Below are positions 49,601-59,116 of a DNA stretch of 64,000 nt, piece after piece (the first letter of the stretch is position 1; each line of letters begins with the position of its first letter). A program made the translations under genes and the position numbers. The notes under the pieces were generated by a model. It was not told the DNA's origin and searched no databases. It saw only the letters and a program-made list of their open reading frames with translations. The DNA is from Aureliella sp. GTDB taxonomy: Bacteria > Planctomycetota > Planctomycetia > Pirellulales > Pirellulaceae. The DNA lies in NCBI GenBank assembly GCA_963691875.1, contig OY829846.1, positions 2,720,001 through 2,784,000 of the forward strand, in the 5' to 3' direction.

Positions 49601-49982
49601 CGGACTATCGCTACGTGGGCATCCCATCGGATTTGTGCGAGAGCAGCTCAAACGTTTGCGAGTCACCACTGCCAAGGATCTCAAGAAAACCCGCGACGGC
49701 AAGTTTGTTTGTGTTGCAGGACTCGTGCTGCTGCGACAGCGTCCTGGAACGGCCAAGGGGATAACGTTCGTGACGCTTGAAGATGAGACCGGAGCGATGA
49801 ATCTGGTGCTTAAACCCGAAGTGTGGCAAAAGCATTACAAAGTAGCACGCCGATCTAACGCATGGATGGCTCATGGCGTTCTGGAGAATCGCGAAGGTAT
49901 CATTCACCTTGTGGTCGGGCGCTTGGAGGACTTGTCGGAGACGGTCGGGGAACTTGAGCAGCGGAGTCGCGATTTTCATTAA
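46692..49982 (+). CDS. dnaE2: Error-prone DNA polymerase DnaE2
   Basis: YVELHCKSNFSFLEGASH, CQGRGSAANS, PDIDIDF, PRHLSQHVGG, GFPESHA, RQRPGTAKG and the terminal SRDFH characteristic of DnaE2. Confidence 0.96.
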   Translation: MRYVELHCKSNFSFLEGASHADELIQRALELGYQGLAVTDRNTLAGIVRAHTAAKDAGLPFYVGAELHPVDGPPLVVWPENREAYGRLCRILTRGRLRREKGSCEIYWADIEELGVGLWAGILLRQPVIDEVAPAEQMHYADEDVMPWENQDHFSVAREDQVDGTEIHEADLKRSTCHLELPPHEFDPRNDSIWLQWLKYFRRIFGYRANLMVEVHRGVDDVGQIARLRELSDQAEIPLMAGGDVHYHESERAILHDCLLATRFNTTIDEVSTQRLSNTQYHLRSLERLTHHYGEIPEALERTAEVAEQLQFSLDELRYDYPIELAPDSQQPIDYLKRLTWEGAKKRYPAGVPDAVIAMLRHEVGLIEELHYEAYFLTVWDLVRFARSRGILCQGRGSAANSAVCYCLGVTSVDPSRLDLLFERFISKERNEAPDIDIDFEHQRREEVLQYIYDKYGRHRAGMTATVISYRTKSAIRDCGKALGISLDRIDGLSKLVDSRLTEGTLADRARESGIDPASEIGRRFLYLVENLIGFPRHLSQHVGGMVMTDGWLCELCPLENASMEGRTVVQWDKDDLDDLGILKVDCLSLGMLSAINRALDLLEDHYDRKLTLATVPPEDPEVYDMICQADTTGVFQIESRAQMSMLPRLRPRCFYDLVIEVAIVRPGPIQGQMVHPYLKARRSGVQPEYPTEEIAQVLRKTMGVPIFQEQAMRLAVVAAGFTPGEADQLRRAMAAWRRPGVIDQFRQKLIAGMADKGLTEEFAERVFTQIRGFGEYGFPESHAASFALLVYVSCWLKHHYPAAFCAAILNSQPMGFYAPAQLVRDAREHGVEVAGVDVNHSDWECTLEPTKQAQDKSLRLGMLMIRGLARDVGEKIMLTRAQAPFRDLADFTRRTRLGKAQVTRLADAGALSSLAGDRRAAYWQALAQDKTSKELGLLEAMGADVDDDLPEALRPMAEVEEVYADYSTTGLSLRGHPIGFVREQLKRLRVTTAKDLKKTRDGKFVCVAGLVLLRQRPGTAKGITFVTLEDETGAMNLVLKPEVWQKHYKVARRSNAWMAHGVLENREGIIHLVVGRLEDLSETVGELEQRSRDFH

Positions 49983-50053
49983 AGAATAGCTGGCGTTTGC
50001 GGCGGGGCGTTAGACGAAATGAAAGCCATATGCGAGAGTCGAAAAATCAAACA

Positions 50054-50647
50054 CTAACCGCCAACCGCTAGCTCCTCGACCCGATTCAAAAACTGCTCAG
50101 CCGCTTTGCGTCCCTTGAGCCGAACGAACTTTAAATGTTCGTATGGCGGGTTTTGCTGAACTGCTTCGTAACGATGTTGAAGCCGATGGTAGGAAGTGAT
50201 GGTCCAGAGAACCACGGACTCACGACTTAAGAATGACCTGCCGAACGATTCACGATTCCCCGTTCCTGGCCAAAGCTCTTTCTTGGTCCAAGCTCGATGA
50301 ATGGCCCGTTTAACGGCTTGCCAGAGATTGAGTGCGAACGATGGATCGAGCCAAATGATCGTTTGAGTTTTAGGCCACTTTACATCGTATGTCTTGCTGT
50401 GGTAATTGCCGTCCAGCACCCAGTGCTCGCCAGAGAGTGCATGCTCTAGTCGTTCTCGAAATACGCCTGGCTCAGACTTGGTCCAGCTCGGTCCGTGATA
50501 GAGCTGATCCATTTCAATGCAAGGTGCATCAAGCAGTCTTGAAAGCCTACGGGCAAACGTAGACTTGCCGCTGCCGCTTGTGCCAACGACATTGACGCGG
50601 CATAGGGCTTGGATTGTGAGATTGGATCCGGAGATGGTGGCTGGCAT
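50054..50647 (-). CDS. Adenylate kinase-like P-loop protein (topology modulation protein/FlaR-like)
   Basis: VVGTSGSGKST, EMDQL, WVLDGNY and IIWLD motifs. Confidence 0.85.
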   Translation of the reverse strand: MPATISGSNLTIQALCRVNVVGTSGSGKSTFARRLSRLLDAPCIEMDQLYHGPSWTKSEPGVFRERLEHALSGEHWVLDGNYHSKTYDVKWPKTQTIIWLDPSFALNLWQAVKRAIHRAWTKKELWPGTGNRESFGRSFLSRESVVLWTITSYHRLQHRYEAVQQNPPYEHLKFVRLKGRKAAEQFLNRVEELAVGG

Positions 50648-50796
50648 GTTGTTCAAGGATAGGTACTGCCTGAAGTCAAGCAAGCGCGGGCCGACGAGGC
50701 TTCAAAGCAAGCTGGCGTCTGCGACTGGGCGGTGAACACTTTGTTATGAAGTACCGAAAGCCCTGAAGACATCCACAACCCACGGCCTCGCAGATT

Positions 50797-50827
50797 AAAA
50801 AAGAGCAGCCCGTAAAGACTGCTCTTT
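50797..50827 (-). terminator. Rho-independent terminator
   Basis: Minus strand AAAGAGCAGTC-TTTACG-GGCTGCTCTTTTTT after the stop at 50854. Confidence 0.8.
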
Positions 50828-50853
50828 GGTCGTAGCTAATTGAGATCGGAAGC

Positions 50854-51147
50854 TTAGCGTCCTTGCCCCCCGCGCTCATCGGCTTGGCCTTCGGCGAGAC
50901 TGTTAATCTCTCCCATTTGCCCCTCGGCCGACTGGCGGATCTCTTTGATGCGGATTTCTTTTTCTGCGTCAGTCAACTTCGAGTTCTCGTTGATCGACTT
51001 GATCCGTGCTTCGATCCATGTGTTCTGTACTTGCTGTTCTTTTTCGACATCGATTTCAGCTTCGACCTTCGCGGGCTTGCCGCAGCCACTGAAGCCCAAT
51101 AGAGCGATGCCAAGGATTGCTGCTTGGATATTCCAAGAAGATTTCAT
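50854..51147 (-). CDS. Small lipoprotein
   Basis: Lipobox-like LLGFSG|C; directly downstream of a DUF1559 gene, a common arrangement. Confidence 0.8.
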   Translation of the reverse strand: MKSSWNIQAAILGIALLGFSGCGKPAKVEAEIDVEKEQQVQNTWIEARIKSINENSKLTDAEKEIRIKEIRQSAEGQMGEINSLAEGQADERGGQGR

Positions 51148-51173
51148 TGCTATTTCCAGTGAGTTGAATTGTG

Positions 51174-51207
51174 AAAAAAGACGTCAAGCAATAGCTCGAC
51201 GTCTTTT
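51174..51207 (-). terminator. Terminator-like/stabilising hairpin between DUF1559 and lipoprotein genes
   Basis: Minus strand AAAAGACGTCGAGC-TATT-GCTTGACGTCTTTTTT. Confidence 0.7.
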
Positions 51208-51229
51208 GATTGTAGGCAAAACGACTTGG

Positions 51230-52339
51230 CTAGTTGGTAAGGCTCTCAGATGGCTCGTTACCATTTCGAGAACCATAAGCCCACCAAACTCGCTCGGAAA
51301 CATTCTCGGAGATAAAGCTCACTGAACCATCCGTTAGCAGTACTTGGACACCGCCGGTGTGATAGCTACCTGCCGAAGTCTTGAAGTTGCTGTTCCACCA
51401 GTCGTTTCGGTGATAGCAAGTCTGCTTGTTAGGTGGCATCAAGTGCTGGTAAGTGGTGCAGACATTGCCCCAAGCATTCGCCCAGGAAGCGCCTCGGTAT
51501 CGCGAGAAGAAATCAGGAGGAACATTCAAGTTACGGCATTCGTCGTACAGCTCTTCTTGAGTCGCAGCACGACGAGTCGTACCGACGTACATATTGTAAA
51601 GACGAACGTCTTGGCCTGGAGTTCGGTCGCCGGAGCCGTTGTTGATGCAGATTTCTGAGAAGGCAGCTGTATTAGTTGTACCGTCAGTGAAATCGCGAAT
51701 TCGAGTTGGCTCGTCAATGAACGCCCCACCGTTTTGTGTACGGTCGCCATAAGCATTGGGGTAGATGTACGAAACAAAACCATTTGGCTTGTGGAAGCTG
51801 GTTCCATTGATCGGACGCGAGCCACCAGGACCAGTCGATTCAATCGGCCAACCGAAGTTAACTGCGTAGCTGAGGTTGCCTGCGTTCATCGAGCCATTGA
51901 CACCAGCATTGGGGTCGGAGGGGCACAGGTACATTGGCATGTCAAGCGACGCGATTGGCCAGTTTGGATGCGTCTCTGGAATCGGGCGGTTCTCAAACCC
52001 AATTGACAAATTGAAGTTGTTGTATCCTGTTGTTTGTTCGATGAAGGGGAGAATTCGAACCAAGCAAGAAGTTCGTCCGGTCAATGCGACTTCGTTACGT
52101 GTCCCCCGACCGCTCTGGTCGACCCAGTGAAGCGGGAACATCTTGTAGGCACTTTCGTAGTTGTGGAGTGCCAACCCGATCTGCTTCATGTTATTCGAGC
52201 ACTGCATACGACGAGCTGCCTCGCGAGCGGCTTGAACCGCCGGCAATAGCAAGCCCACGAGAATGCCAATAATGGCGATAACGACTAGCAGTTCGACTAG
52301 CGTAAATGCCAGCCTGCGCTTTTGTCTTTGCACTTTCAA
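51230..52339 (-). CDS. DUF1559 prepilin-type protein
   Basis: [52 protein letters not shown] and [16 protein letters not shown] (H-X9-DG). Confidence 0.96.
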   Translation of the reverse strand: MKVQRQKRRLAFTLVELLVVIAIIGILVGLLLPAVQAAREAARRMQCSNNMKQIGLALHNYESAYKMFPLHWVDQSGRGTRNEVALTGRTSCLVRILPFIEQTTGYNNFNLSIGFENRPIPETHPNWPIASLDMPMYLCPSDPNAGVNGSMNAGNLSYAVNFGWPIESTGPGGSRPINGTSFHKPNGFVSYIYPNAYGDRTQNGGAFIDEPTRIRDFTDGTTNTAAFSEICINNGSGDRTPGQDVRLYNMYVGTTRRAATQEELYDECRNLNVPPDFFSRYRGASWANAWGNVCTTYQHLMPPNKQTCYHRNDWWNSNFKTSAGSYHTGGVQVLLTDGSVSFISENVSERVWWAYGSRNGNEPSESLTN

Positions 52340-52626
52340 AACCCTTTCGGCTAACGCGTTCCAGCAACCAAGGAATGGAACAAATTAAAAATAAAAATGG
52401 GGGATGGGTTCTCTTAAGGCTAGCAGTTTTGAGCGGCTCGACAATCCTTAAAACACCTTGATTTTGCCCTCCGCAGCACAAGAAAAATGGGGCACCCTTG
52501 AGCCGGACTAAGGGAAGTGAATTCCCCCATACGACCAATAAATCACGGAGGATTCATAATCCCCCAATGTGAGCGATTCGACCCCAACCGTGGTGAGCCG
52601 AAAAGAGCTAGTCTGGCTGCTTCTGC

Positions 52627-53682
52627 CTAAGCTGGATGTTGTTGAGAAGCGCAATGAAAGGCTCCGAGTCCCCAGCAAAGGTCGTAGGCATTAAGCGGGA
52701 CGATGGTCCGGTCCGGGAACAGTTCGCTAAATGTCTCCAGCGCCATTGAGTCTGTGCGATCGTTGCGAAAGGTCGGTACGATCACGGTCTTGTTGGTGAT
52801 CAAGAAGTTGCAGTAGCTCTCAGGGACGCGTACGTTTCCAACAAACCGAGGTGGAGGAGTGGGTAGCGTATGAACCTGCAGCGGATCCGATTCTGCGGTC
52901 TTGGAGCTTCTGAGGATGCGAACGTTTTCTAACAGGCCAGAGCGGTTTGGATCGCTTTCAACACTGCTTACCGCCGCCACGACGGTGTTTCGTTTCACAA
53001 AGCGCGCTATTTGATCGATATGGCCATCGGTGTCATCGCCTTGTAGTCCGCCACCATCAACCCAAACTATCTGCCGAGCCCCCAGTTGCAGCTGCAGCTC
53101 TTCGCTGATCATCTTTCTGTCCCAGCCGGGATTTCGGTTCGGATTGAGCAGACAGCTGCTAGTCGTCAGAAGCGTCCCCGCTCCGTTGCCATCCAGAGCG
53201 CCGCCTTCGCAATAGATGGCAGACATACTGCGCTGACATCGAAGCTTGATGCATATTTTGGTCGCAGCTGCCGCGTCTAAATCATAGGGCGGATACTTGT
53301 TTCCCCATGCATTGTATTTCCAGCAGACTCCGACCAATGCTCCATCATTCTGCCGTTTTACAAATGTGGGTCCAAAATCGCGAATCCAAGCATCGTTGGT
53401 CCTGATATTTACAAAGTAAACGTTGGAGCGACCGTTGAGGGCTTGCAAATGGGATTCGGAAAGCAGCTCCTCTGCCGCAAGAATAAAAACCGGTTGATGA
53501 TCACTGATCGCATTGACCAGCTGGTAGAACACGTCCGGAATGGGGGCATAATTGTCGGGCCACGTCGCGCGGTTGTGCGGCCATGCAAGCCAAGTCGCAG
53601 CCTGAGTTTCCCACTCGGCTGGCCACTGATGTGGGCTATCGATATTCAAAGGTAGGCCTCGTCCTGTATAAGGGGCAAGCAC
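52627..53682 (-). CDS. aguA: Agmatine deiminase
   Basis: PAEW, WIRDFGP, EGG, DDTDGHID, SYCNF and GAFHCASQQ motifs; start uncertain. Confidence 0.92.
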   Translation of the reverse strand: MLAPYTGRGLPLNIDSPHQWPAEWETQAATWLAWPHNRATWPDNYAPIPDVFYQLVNAISDHQPVFILAAEELLSESHLQALNGRSNVYFVNIRTNDAWIRDFGPTFVKRQNDGALVGVCWKYNAWGNKYPPYDLDAAAATKICIKLRCQRSMSAIYCEGGALDGNGAGTLLTTSSCLLNPNRNPGWDRKMISEELQLQLGARQIVWVDGGGLQGDDTDGHIDQIARFVKRNTVVAAVSSVESDPNRSGLLENVRILRSSKTAESDPLQVHTLPTPPPRFVGNVRVPESYCNFLITNKTVIVPTFRNDRTDSMALETFSELFPDRTIVPLNAYDLCWGLGAFHCASQQHPA

Positions 53683-53786
53683 AAGTTTCGGGGCTTATTG
53701 GTTCTATTAGGGTCTGCTACATAAGCTTCCTAGGTGTTTTCCACTCGCTTCCCTTTCGGGTGAATCTCAAGACATGAAGTAATTTT

Positions 53787-54659
53787 CTAATCGATGAATC
53801 GTTTGACAATGTCCTGGTAAGCATCGACGCGGCGATCCCGCAAGAACGGCCAATGGGTTCGCGTCGAGTCGATGTGTGAAAGGTCGCAATCGACTAGCAG
53901 CATGTCTTCCTGCGCTACCGACGAACGAGCGAGTACTTGCCCCTGCGTATCACAGGCAAATGACTGTCCCCAGAACTCAATATCGCCTTCTGTTCCGCAA
54001 CGATTGGCGGCAGCGACAAACAGCCCATTGGCAATCGCATGGGATCTCATCATGGTTTCCCATGAATCGTGCTGGGCAGATCCGAACTCTTGTTTCTCTT
54101 CGTGCAGCCACCCGATGGCGGTTGGGTAAAGCAAGATCTGTGCATCGCGAAGCGCGAACAAACGTGCTGCTTCGGGATACCACTGATCCCAACAAACGCC
54201 AACGCCCAACGTGGCATATCGAGTCTTCGCTACCGTGAAACCCAGGTCGCCGGGCGTGAAGTAAAACTTCTCGTAGTACGAAGGGTCGTCTGGAATATGC
54301 ATCTTGCGATACAGGCCAGCTTGGGAACCGTCAGCATCGAAGGTAACGGCAGTGTTGTGGTAGAGCCCCGAGGTGCGTTTTTCAAATAGCGAGCAAGTGA
54401 CAACGACTTCGTGCTTTTTCGCCGCCTTGCTCAATGCGCTACTCGTGGGCCCAGGAATTTCCTCGGCTAGATCAAAATTGCGATGATCTTCCGACTGGCA
54501 AGGGTAAAGCGTGTTGAACACTTCCTGCAAGCAAACTATGTGGGCTCCTTGATCTGCCGCGTCTGCAATCCTTGACAAGGCTACACTAAGGTTCTTTTCT
54601 TTGTCTCGGGTGCAAGTTTGCTGCACCAGAGCCAAACGAATAGATGAGGAAGAAACCAT
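53787..54659 (-). CDS. aguB: Carbon-nitrogen hydrolase, probable N-carbamoylputrescine amidohydrolase
   Basis: LQE, YRKMHIPDDP.YYEKFYF.PGD and VCWDQWYPE catalytic triad motifs; adjacent to aguA. Confidence 0.9.
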   Translation of the reverse strand: MVSSSSIRLALVQQTCTRDKEKNLSVALSRIADAADQGAHIVCLQEVFNTLYPCQSEDHRNFDLAEEIPGPTSSALSKAAKKHEVVVTCSLFEKRTSGLYHNTAVTFDADGSQAGLYRKMHIPDDPSYYEKFYFTPGDLGFTVAKTRYATLGVGVCWDQWYPEAARLFALRDAQILLYPTAIGWLHEEKQEFGSAQHDSWETMMRSHAIANGLFVAAANRCGTEGDIEFWGQSFACDTQGQVLARSSVAQEDMLLVDCDLSHIDSTRTHWPFLRDRRVDAYQDIVKRFID

Positions 54660-54823
54660 GCGGAGAAAAAACGTGAGCGAAAGCGGCGTGGGAGGCGAAC
54701 CCGGGGGATGGCTCAATTAGCGGTGTGAGAAGAGCGGACAGTATAGAATAATGTGAGGCGGAAATACAATGTGCGTGAACTTTTTGTCATAGCTTACTCG
54801 AACAAATTGACTCTCCGAACAAC

Positions 54824-55447
54824 ATGCAGACCGCCGGAATTTTCGTAGTTGGCACCGACACTGAAGTCGGCAAGACATATCAATGCGTTGAATTTGCACG
54901 TGCTTTGACGCCGAGCCGTTCTGTAGGGGTATATAAGCCTGTCGCAAGTGGTGGCTCAGGAGAAAGCGGTGACCCGCAGTTGCTTTGGAAGGCCGTTGAT
55001 GAGAAATGGCCGATTGAGCGCATCTGCCCCCAAGTGTTTCAGGCTCCAGTGGCTCCTCCCGTTGCCGCTGGCCTTGAGTCTAGAGAGGTAGACGAGCAAC
55101 TGCTGAGGGAGGGCGCAGAGTGGTTTGAAGGCAGGTGTGACTATCTGATAATCGAAGGTGCGGGAGGTGTGCTTTCGCCGATTTCCAACTCGATGACGGT
55201 CCTTGATCTCGCAGAGTCATTGCAGCTGCCTATCGCGCTGGTCGCCGCCAATAAACTCGGAGTTGTAAACCACACTCTGTTAAGTATCACCGCGATTGAG
55301 TCGCGCGGATTGCAGCTATCCTCCATCGTCTTGAATTCTTGGGATGCGTTTCAGGATCCTTCGCAGCTGTCGAATAAACGCTTGCTGAAGCAATTCACCC
55401 AGATTCCGATCCTAGGGAGTCTGGTCGAACTTGCTGAAGATCTATAA
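54824..55447 (+). CDS. bioD: Dethiobiotin synthase
   Basis: GTDTEVGKT, KPVASG, EGAGG and LGVVNHTLL motifs. Confidence 0.95.
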   Translation: MQTAGIFVVGTDTEVGKTYQCVEFARALTPSRSVGVYKPVASGGSGESGDPQLLWKAVDEKWPIERICPQVFQAPVAPPVAAGLESREVDEQLLREGAEWFEGRCDYLIIEGAGGVLSPISNSMTVLDLAESLQLPIALVAANKLGVVNHTLLSITAIESRGLQLSSIVLNSWDAFQDPSQLSNKRLLKQFTQIPILGSLVELAEDL

Positions 55448-55548
55448 TTCCCTCTCTTGTCCCGTAAGAGCTTCGATAAGTTACGGGTTGGAAATCCGTC
55501 GAGCTTATTCACTCGAACTTAGTAATGCACTCACGAAAGTAGTCTGAA

Positions 55549-56610
55549 ATGGCCACTGAGCAAGAAGCCCGCACCGCCCAGTACGATGCAATTCTCTTGG
55601 TTTCCTTTGGCGGTCCCGAAGGTCCCGATGACGTGATGCCGTTTCTGGAGAACGTGCTGCGTGGGAAACCAGTACCGCGAGAACGCATGCTGGAAGTGGC
55701 TGAACATTACAAACACTTCGACGGCGTGAGCCCAATCAACGATCAGAATCGGAAGTTGATCGACGCTCTGCGGAAAGAACTGGACGCGAATAATGTCGAC
55801 TTGCCCGTCTATTGGGGCAACCGCAACTGGCATCCTTTGCTACCGGATGTAGTGGAACAAATGCGTGCCGATGGCAAGCAGAAGGTGATTGCGTTTTTCA
55901 CGAGTATGTTCAGTTGCTACTCAGGTTGTCGCCAGTATCGCGAAAACATTATCGACGCTTGCGAGCAAGTTGGTGAATCTGCACCGACAATTCAAAAAGT
56001 TCGCAAGGGTTTCAATCATCCGCTCTTCGTCGAAGCGCAGGCGGAGCTCGTTGGACAATCGCTCGCATCTTTCAACGAAGAGCAAAGAACTGCGACCATG
56101 ATACTTTTCACCGCTCACAGCATACCGATGTCGATGGCAGAGCACAGCCGTTACGTAGCTCAGTTGACAGAAGCATCGCGACTTGTTGCAGAGCAGCTCG
56201 GTCACGACAGCTGGGAGTTGGTGTATCAAAGTCGAAGTGGTCCGCCACAGCAACCTTGGCTGGAGCCCGACGTCTGCGATCGCATCGAAGAGCTTGCCGC
56301 AAAGGGCGTAAAAAGCTTCGCCGTGGTTCCAATAGGCTTCATCTCGGATCATATGGAAGTACTCTTTGACTTGGACACGGAAGCCAAAGACATCTGCGAG
56401 AAGCTGGAGGTTGACTTTGTGCGAGCCCCGACGGTTGGCGTACATCCCAAGTTTGTCGCCATGATTCGCGAGCTTCTGGAAGAGCGGATCTATGATCTTC
56501 CGGACCGACGATCGATCGGTGAACTTGGGTCAAGCCATGATGTCTGCCCCGTAGATTGCTGTCTTTATCCACGTCCTCAACGCCCTGGTCGTCCGGCCCC
56601 GGCGCAGTGA
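55549..56610 (+). CDS. hemH: Ferrochelatase
   Basis: SFGGPE, GVSPIN, FTAHSIP, YQSRSG...WLEP and GFISDHMEVLFDLD motifs; C-terminal CPVDCC cluster-type cysteines. Confidence 0.95.
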   Translation: MATEQEARTAQYDAILLVSFGGPEGPDDVMPFLENVLRGKPVPRERMLEVAEHYKHFDGVSPINDQNRKLIDALRKELDANNVDLPVYWGNRNWHPLLPDVVEQMRADGKQKVIAFFTSMFSCYSGCRQYRENIIDACEQVGESAPTIQKVRKGFNHPLFVEAQAELVGQSLASFNEEQRTATMILFTAHSIPMSMAEHSRYVAQLTEASRLVAEQLGHDSWELVYQSRSGPPQQPWLEPDVCDRIEELAAKGVKSFAVVPIGFISDHMEVLFDLDTEAKDICEKLEVDFVRAPTVGVHPKFVAMIRELLEERIYDLPDRRSIGELGSSHDVCPVDCCLYPRPQRPGRPAPAQ

Positions 56611-56908
56611 GCCTGGTCTGTTCCATTCTCTGCTTTTTGCTTTTCTGAGTAGCGAATTGCTCTGGCTCGGTCTTCGTCAAACTCGCTCCGTCTTTACTTA
56701 ATTCCGACGCTAGACACTGAATTTCGGTCAACGTAGCGTGGCAGCCGGGAAAATCTAAGAAATCTCAAGGCGGACCGTTCAAAATGGTACGCACATTGCC
56801 TCCGGTTTCTTGCGATTCTGTGGTCGCCTGAGGCGGACGAAAAGAGAGCAGAAATTCTATTCAAAAACTGCGCCCGGATTCTGGCCCTCGCTGCACTAAC
56901 GAGATGTT

Positions 56909-58693
56909 ATGAGCGACAGCACGCCTAAAAACAAGCTTCTGAATCACCTTTCGTGTCTCGCTGATCAGCCGGACGAACGAGACAAGCTGCAACCCGATGC
57001 AGAGCTCCTGGCTCTGTATTTGGAAGCTGGTGACATGGAAGCGATGGAGCAATTGATTCGTCGCTACTCAACCATGGTGGCCACTGTTTGCCGCTTGACG
57101 GTTTCCGACGCGGCTCACGCTGAAGATGCCTTTCAGGCAACTTTTTTGGTGCTGCTGCAATCGGCAAAGAAGATTCAGAAGCGAGCATCGGTTGCAGCCT
57201 GGCTGCACGGAGTCGCTTATCGGACCGCCAGTCGAATCCGCAGTAAGCACTTCTCGACTCCCACCCACACCAAGAACTCAGGTTGCGACGATGTGATCAA
57301 GCCATGTGACAATGAAACTGATCCGGCATCGGAGTTGGCCCGCAAAATGGAACTCGAGGCACTTGACCGGGAGCTTGAGAATCTGCCAGAACGTCTTCGG
57401 GCTCCATTGGTCGAGCATTATTTGCTCGGACATTCCGCGCCGGAGATCGCCGAGCGAATGGAGTTGAGCTTGAGTGCGGTTGAAGGAAGGCTAAAACGAG
57501 GCCGTCGAAAGCTGCGTACGCTGCTTGCTAAACGCGGTATCAGCTTGAGTGTGTTGGCGGCTGGCAGTTTGTTCTTTCAGAATCACTTGGCCGCATCGGA
57601 AAGTCTGGCTTGGACAAACAACTTTGTGGATTCCCATCTACCGAGTGGAGACTTGCCGACCGACGCGCAGCCTCCACTGACTCCGAATCCGGAGGTCTCA
57701 TCTTTAGCTCAAGAGGAAATGATGATGTTAGCTATAAACGCAAAATCTTCAATCGCCGCTGCCATCATGGTGACTGCAGGAGCACTGGCCGTTTGGGCCG
57801 CCGATCCATTCGATCATGGACAAGACAATCAGCAGTCGGGATCGTCTGGTAAGGCGAGCACAGCGGTAGCGGACGCGACTGTACAGGCAGTGCCGCCAGC
57901 TCAGTCTGCTCCCGTGAAGTTCTTCCCGCCCAAAGCCAACGCGATAACGCCTGCGAGCACACTTGGGCAATTCGGCGGAGTTCAAGAGGGGCTCGGTGGT
58001 GGTGGTTTGGGAGATGGTGGCGGCAGCCGAGAGCCGGAAGGTCCTCTAGTAGCTTGGACCAAACCTGAAGGCGACGCCCCTGGATGGCTTTCTGCTGGCA
58101 GTCAAGCAGTGAGTGGGGCAGAAAAGCATCGAACCTATCTCAGTCAAGAGCTTCAGTTCGACTGGCAGGGCGTCTCGTTGCGTGATGCAATTGAGCAAAT
58201 CGCTGACGATGCCGGAGTCCAATTTGAGATTTCGACTGACGAACTCGATTTACTGGGGGTCGATGTCGATACACCTGTCGCGGCTACAGGGCGCGGCCCC
58301 ATGCGAGAAGTTTTCCGACGGATCCTCAAACCACTAGAGCTGACGTATCGCGTTAACGAAAGCTCGATCGAGATTACCTCGATGGAAGATGCCGAAGCAA
58401 ACCCGGCAATTCGCTTCTACGATCTTAGCTTTATCTTGCCCAACACGGCCAATCTCGAAAGCTTGCAGAACGCAATCCAGCAATCCATCAATCCCGATTC
58501 GTGGTATGACAACGGCGGCAATAGTAGCATCACCAATGTTGGCTCGATGATGGTGGTCGGAGCTCCTGAAGAAGTGCATCAGAAAGTTGAAGTATTCCTG
58601 ATGAAAATCGGACAGATGAATCCGAAAAACTTGGAATCGCCTGTAGGAAAACGCAGCTTAGGCGGAGGATCGAATGGGGGCGGAATGTTCTAA
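56909..58693 (+). CDS. ECF sigma-70 factor with membrane-anchored C-terminal extension
   Basis: sigma2 AEDAFQATFLVL...WLHGVAYR and sigma4 LPERLRAPL...EIAERM...VEGRLKRGR, followed by a hydrophobic segment and an STN/secretin-N-like C-terminal region. Confidence 0.9.
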   Translation: MSDSTPKNKLLNHLSCLADQPDERDKLQPDAELLALYLEAGDMEAMEQLIRRYSTMVATVCRLTVSDAAHAEDAFQATFLVLLQSAKKIQKRASVAAWLHGVAYRTASRIRSKHFSTPTHTKNSGCDDVIKPCDNETDPASELARKMELEALDRELENLPERLRAPLVEHYLLGHSAPEIAERMELSLSAVEGRLKRGRRKLRTLLAKRGISLSVLAAGSLFFQNHLAASESLAWTNNFVDSHLPSGDLPTDAQPPLTPNPEVSSLAQEEMMMLAINAKSSIAAAIMVTAGALAVWAADPFDHGQDNQQSGSSGKASTAVADATVQAVPPAQSAPVKFFPPKANAITPASTLGQFGGVQEGLGGGGLGDGGGSREPEGPLVAWTKPEGDAPGWLSAGSQAVSGAEKHRTYLSQELQFDWQGVSLRDAIEQIADDAGVQFEISTDELDLLGVDVDTPVAATGRGPMREVFRRILKPLELTYRVNESSIEITSMEDAEANPAIRFYDLSFILPNTANLESLQNAIQQSINPDSWYDNGGNSSITNVGSMMVVGAPEEVHQKVEVFLMKIGQMNPKNLESPVGKRSLGGGSNGGGMF

Positions 58694-59116
58694 GCTGCCG
58701 GCGCAGAAACATAATCAGTCAAAGCAGACCTGCCCAAGTGCAGGCCTGCTACTTGACTTTTCCAAGTGCCTTCGGCAAAGGGGGCATTGGCGGAGGTGGT
58801 AACGGAGGCCGGGGCGGCAAATAGTCTGTGGATCAAAGGTGGGTTACTCTGGGCTTAGATGCCCACTAGAGCGATCCGAATTAAGGTTGTAACTGAGGAA
58901 CTCGGTCGCTCGCACATCCTGCTTATCGAAGGGGCTTCCGAGCTAGCCGCCGTTTCTTTAGTTCGAAGTCCTGCCTTTATGCGGAAGGCCGCGATTGACA
59001 TTTGGTTCGCTTGCTTAAGCCCGATGCCTCGCGGCGATGCAGCTCGCAATACAGCAGATAGCGTCTTATCGCTCACATGCTTCGGAATTGTTCAGCAGGC
59101 ACTTGTCCGTTTCGCC

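Noticed and set aside
52340..52626. Riboswitch upstream of the DUF1559 gene
   Set aside because: Only short hairpins and a partial AGGGAA; no complete consensus.
58855..59076. 73-aa ORF downstream of the LRAT gene as an immunity protein
   Set aside because: No convincing RBS or motif; an equally plausible ORF lies on the opposite strand.
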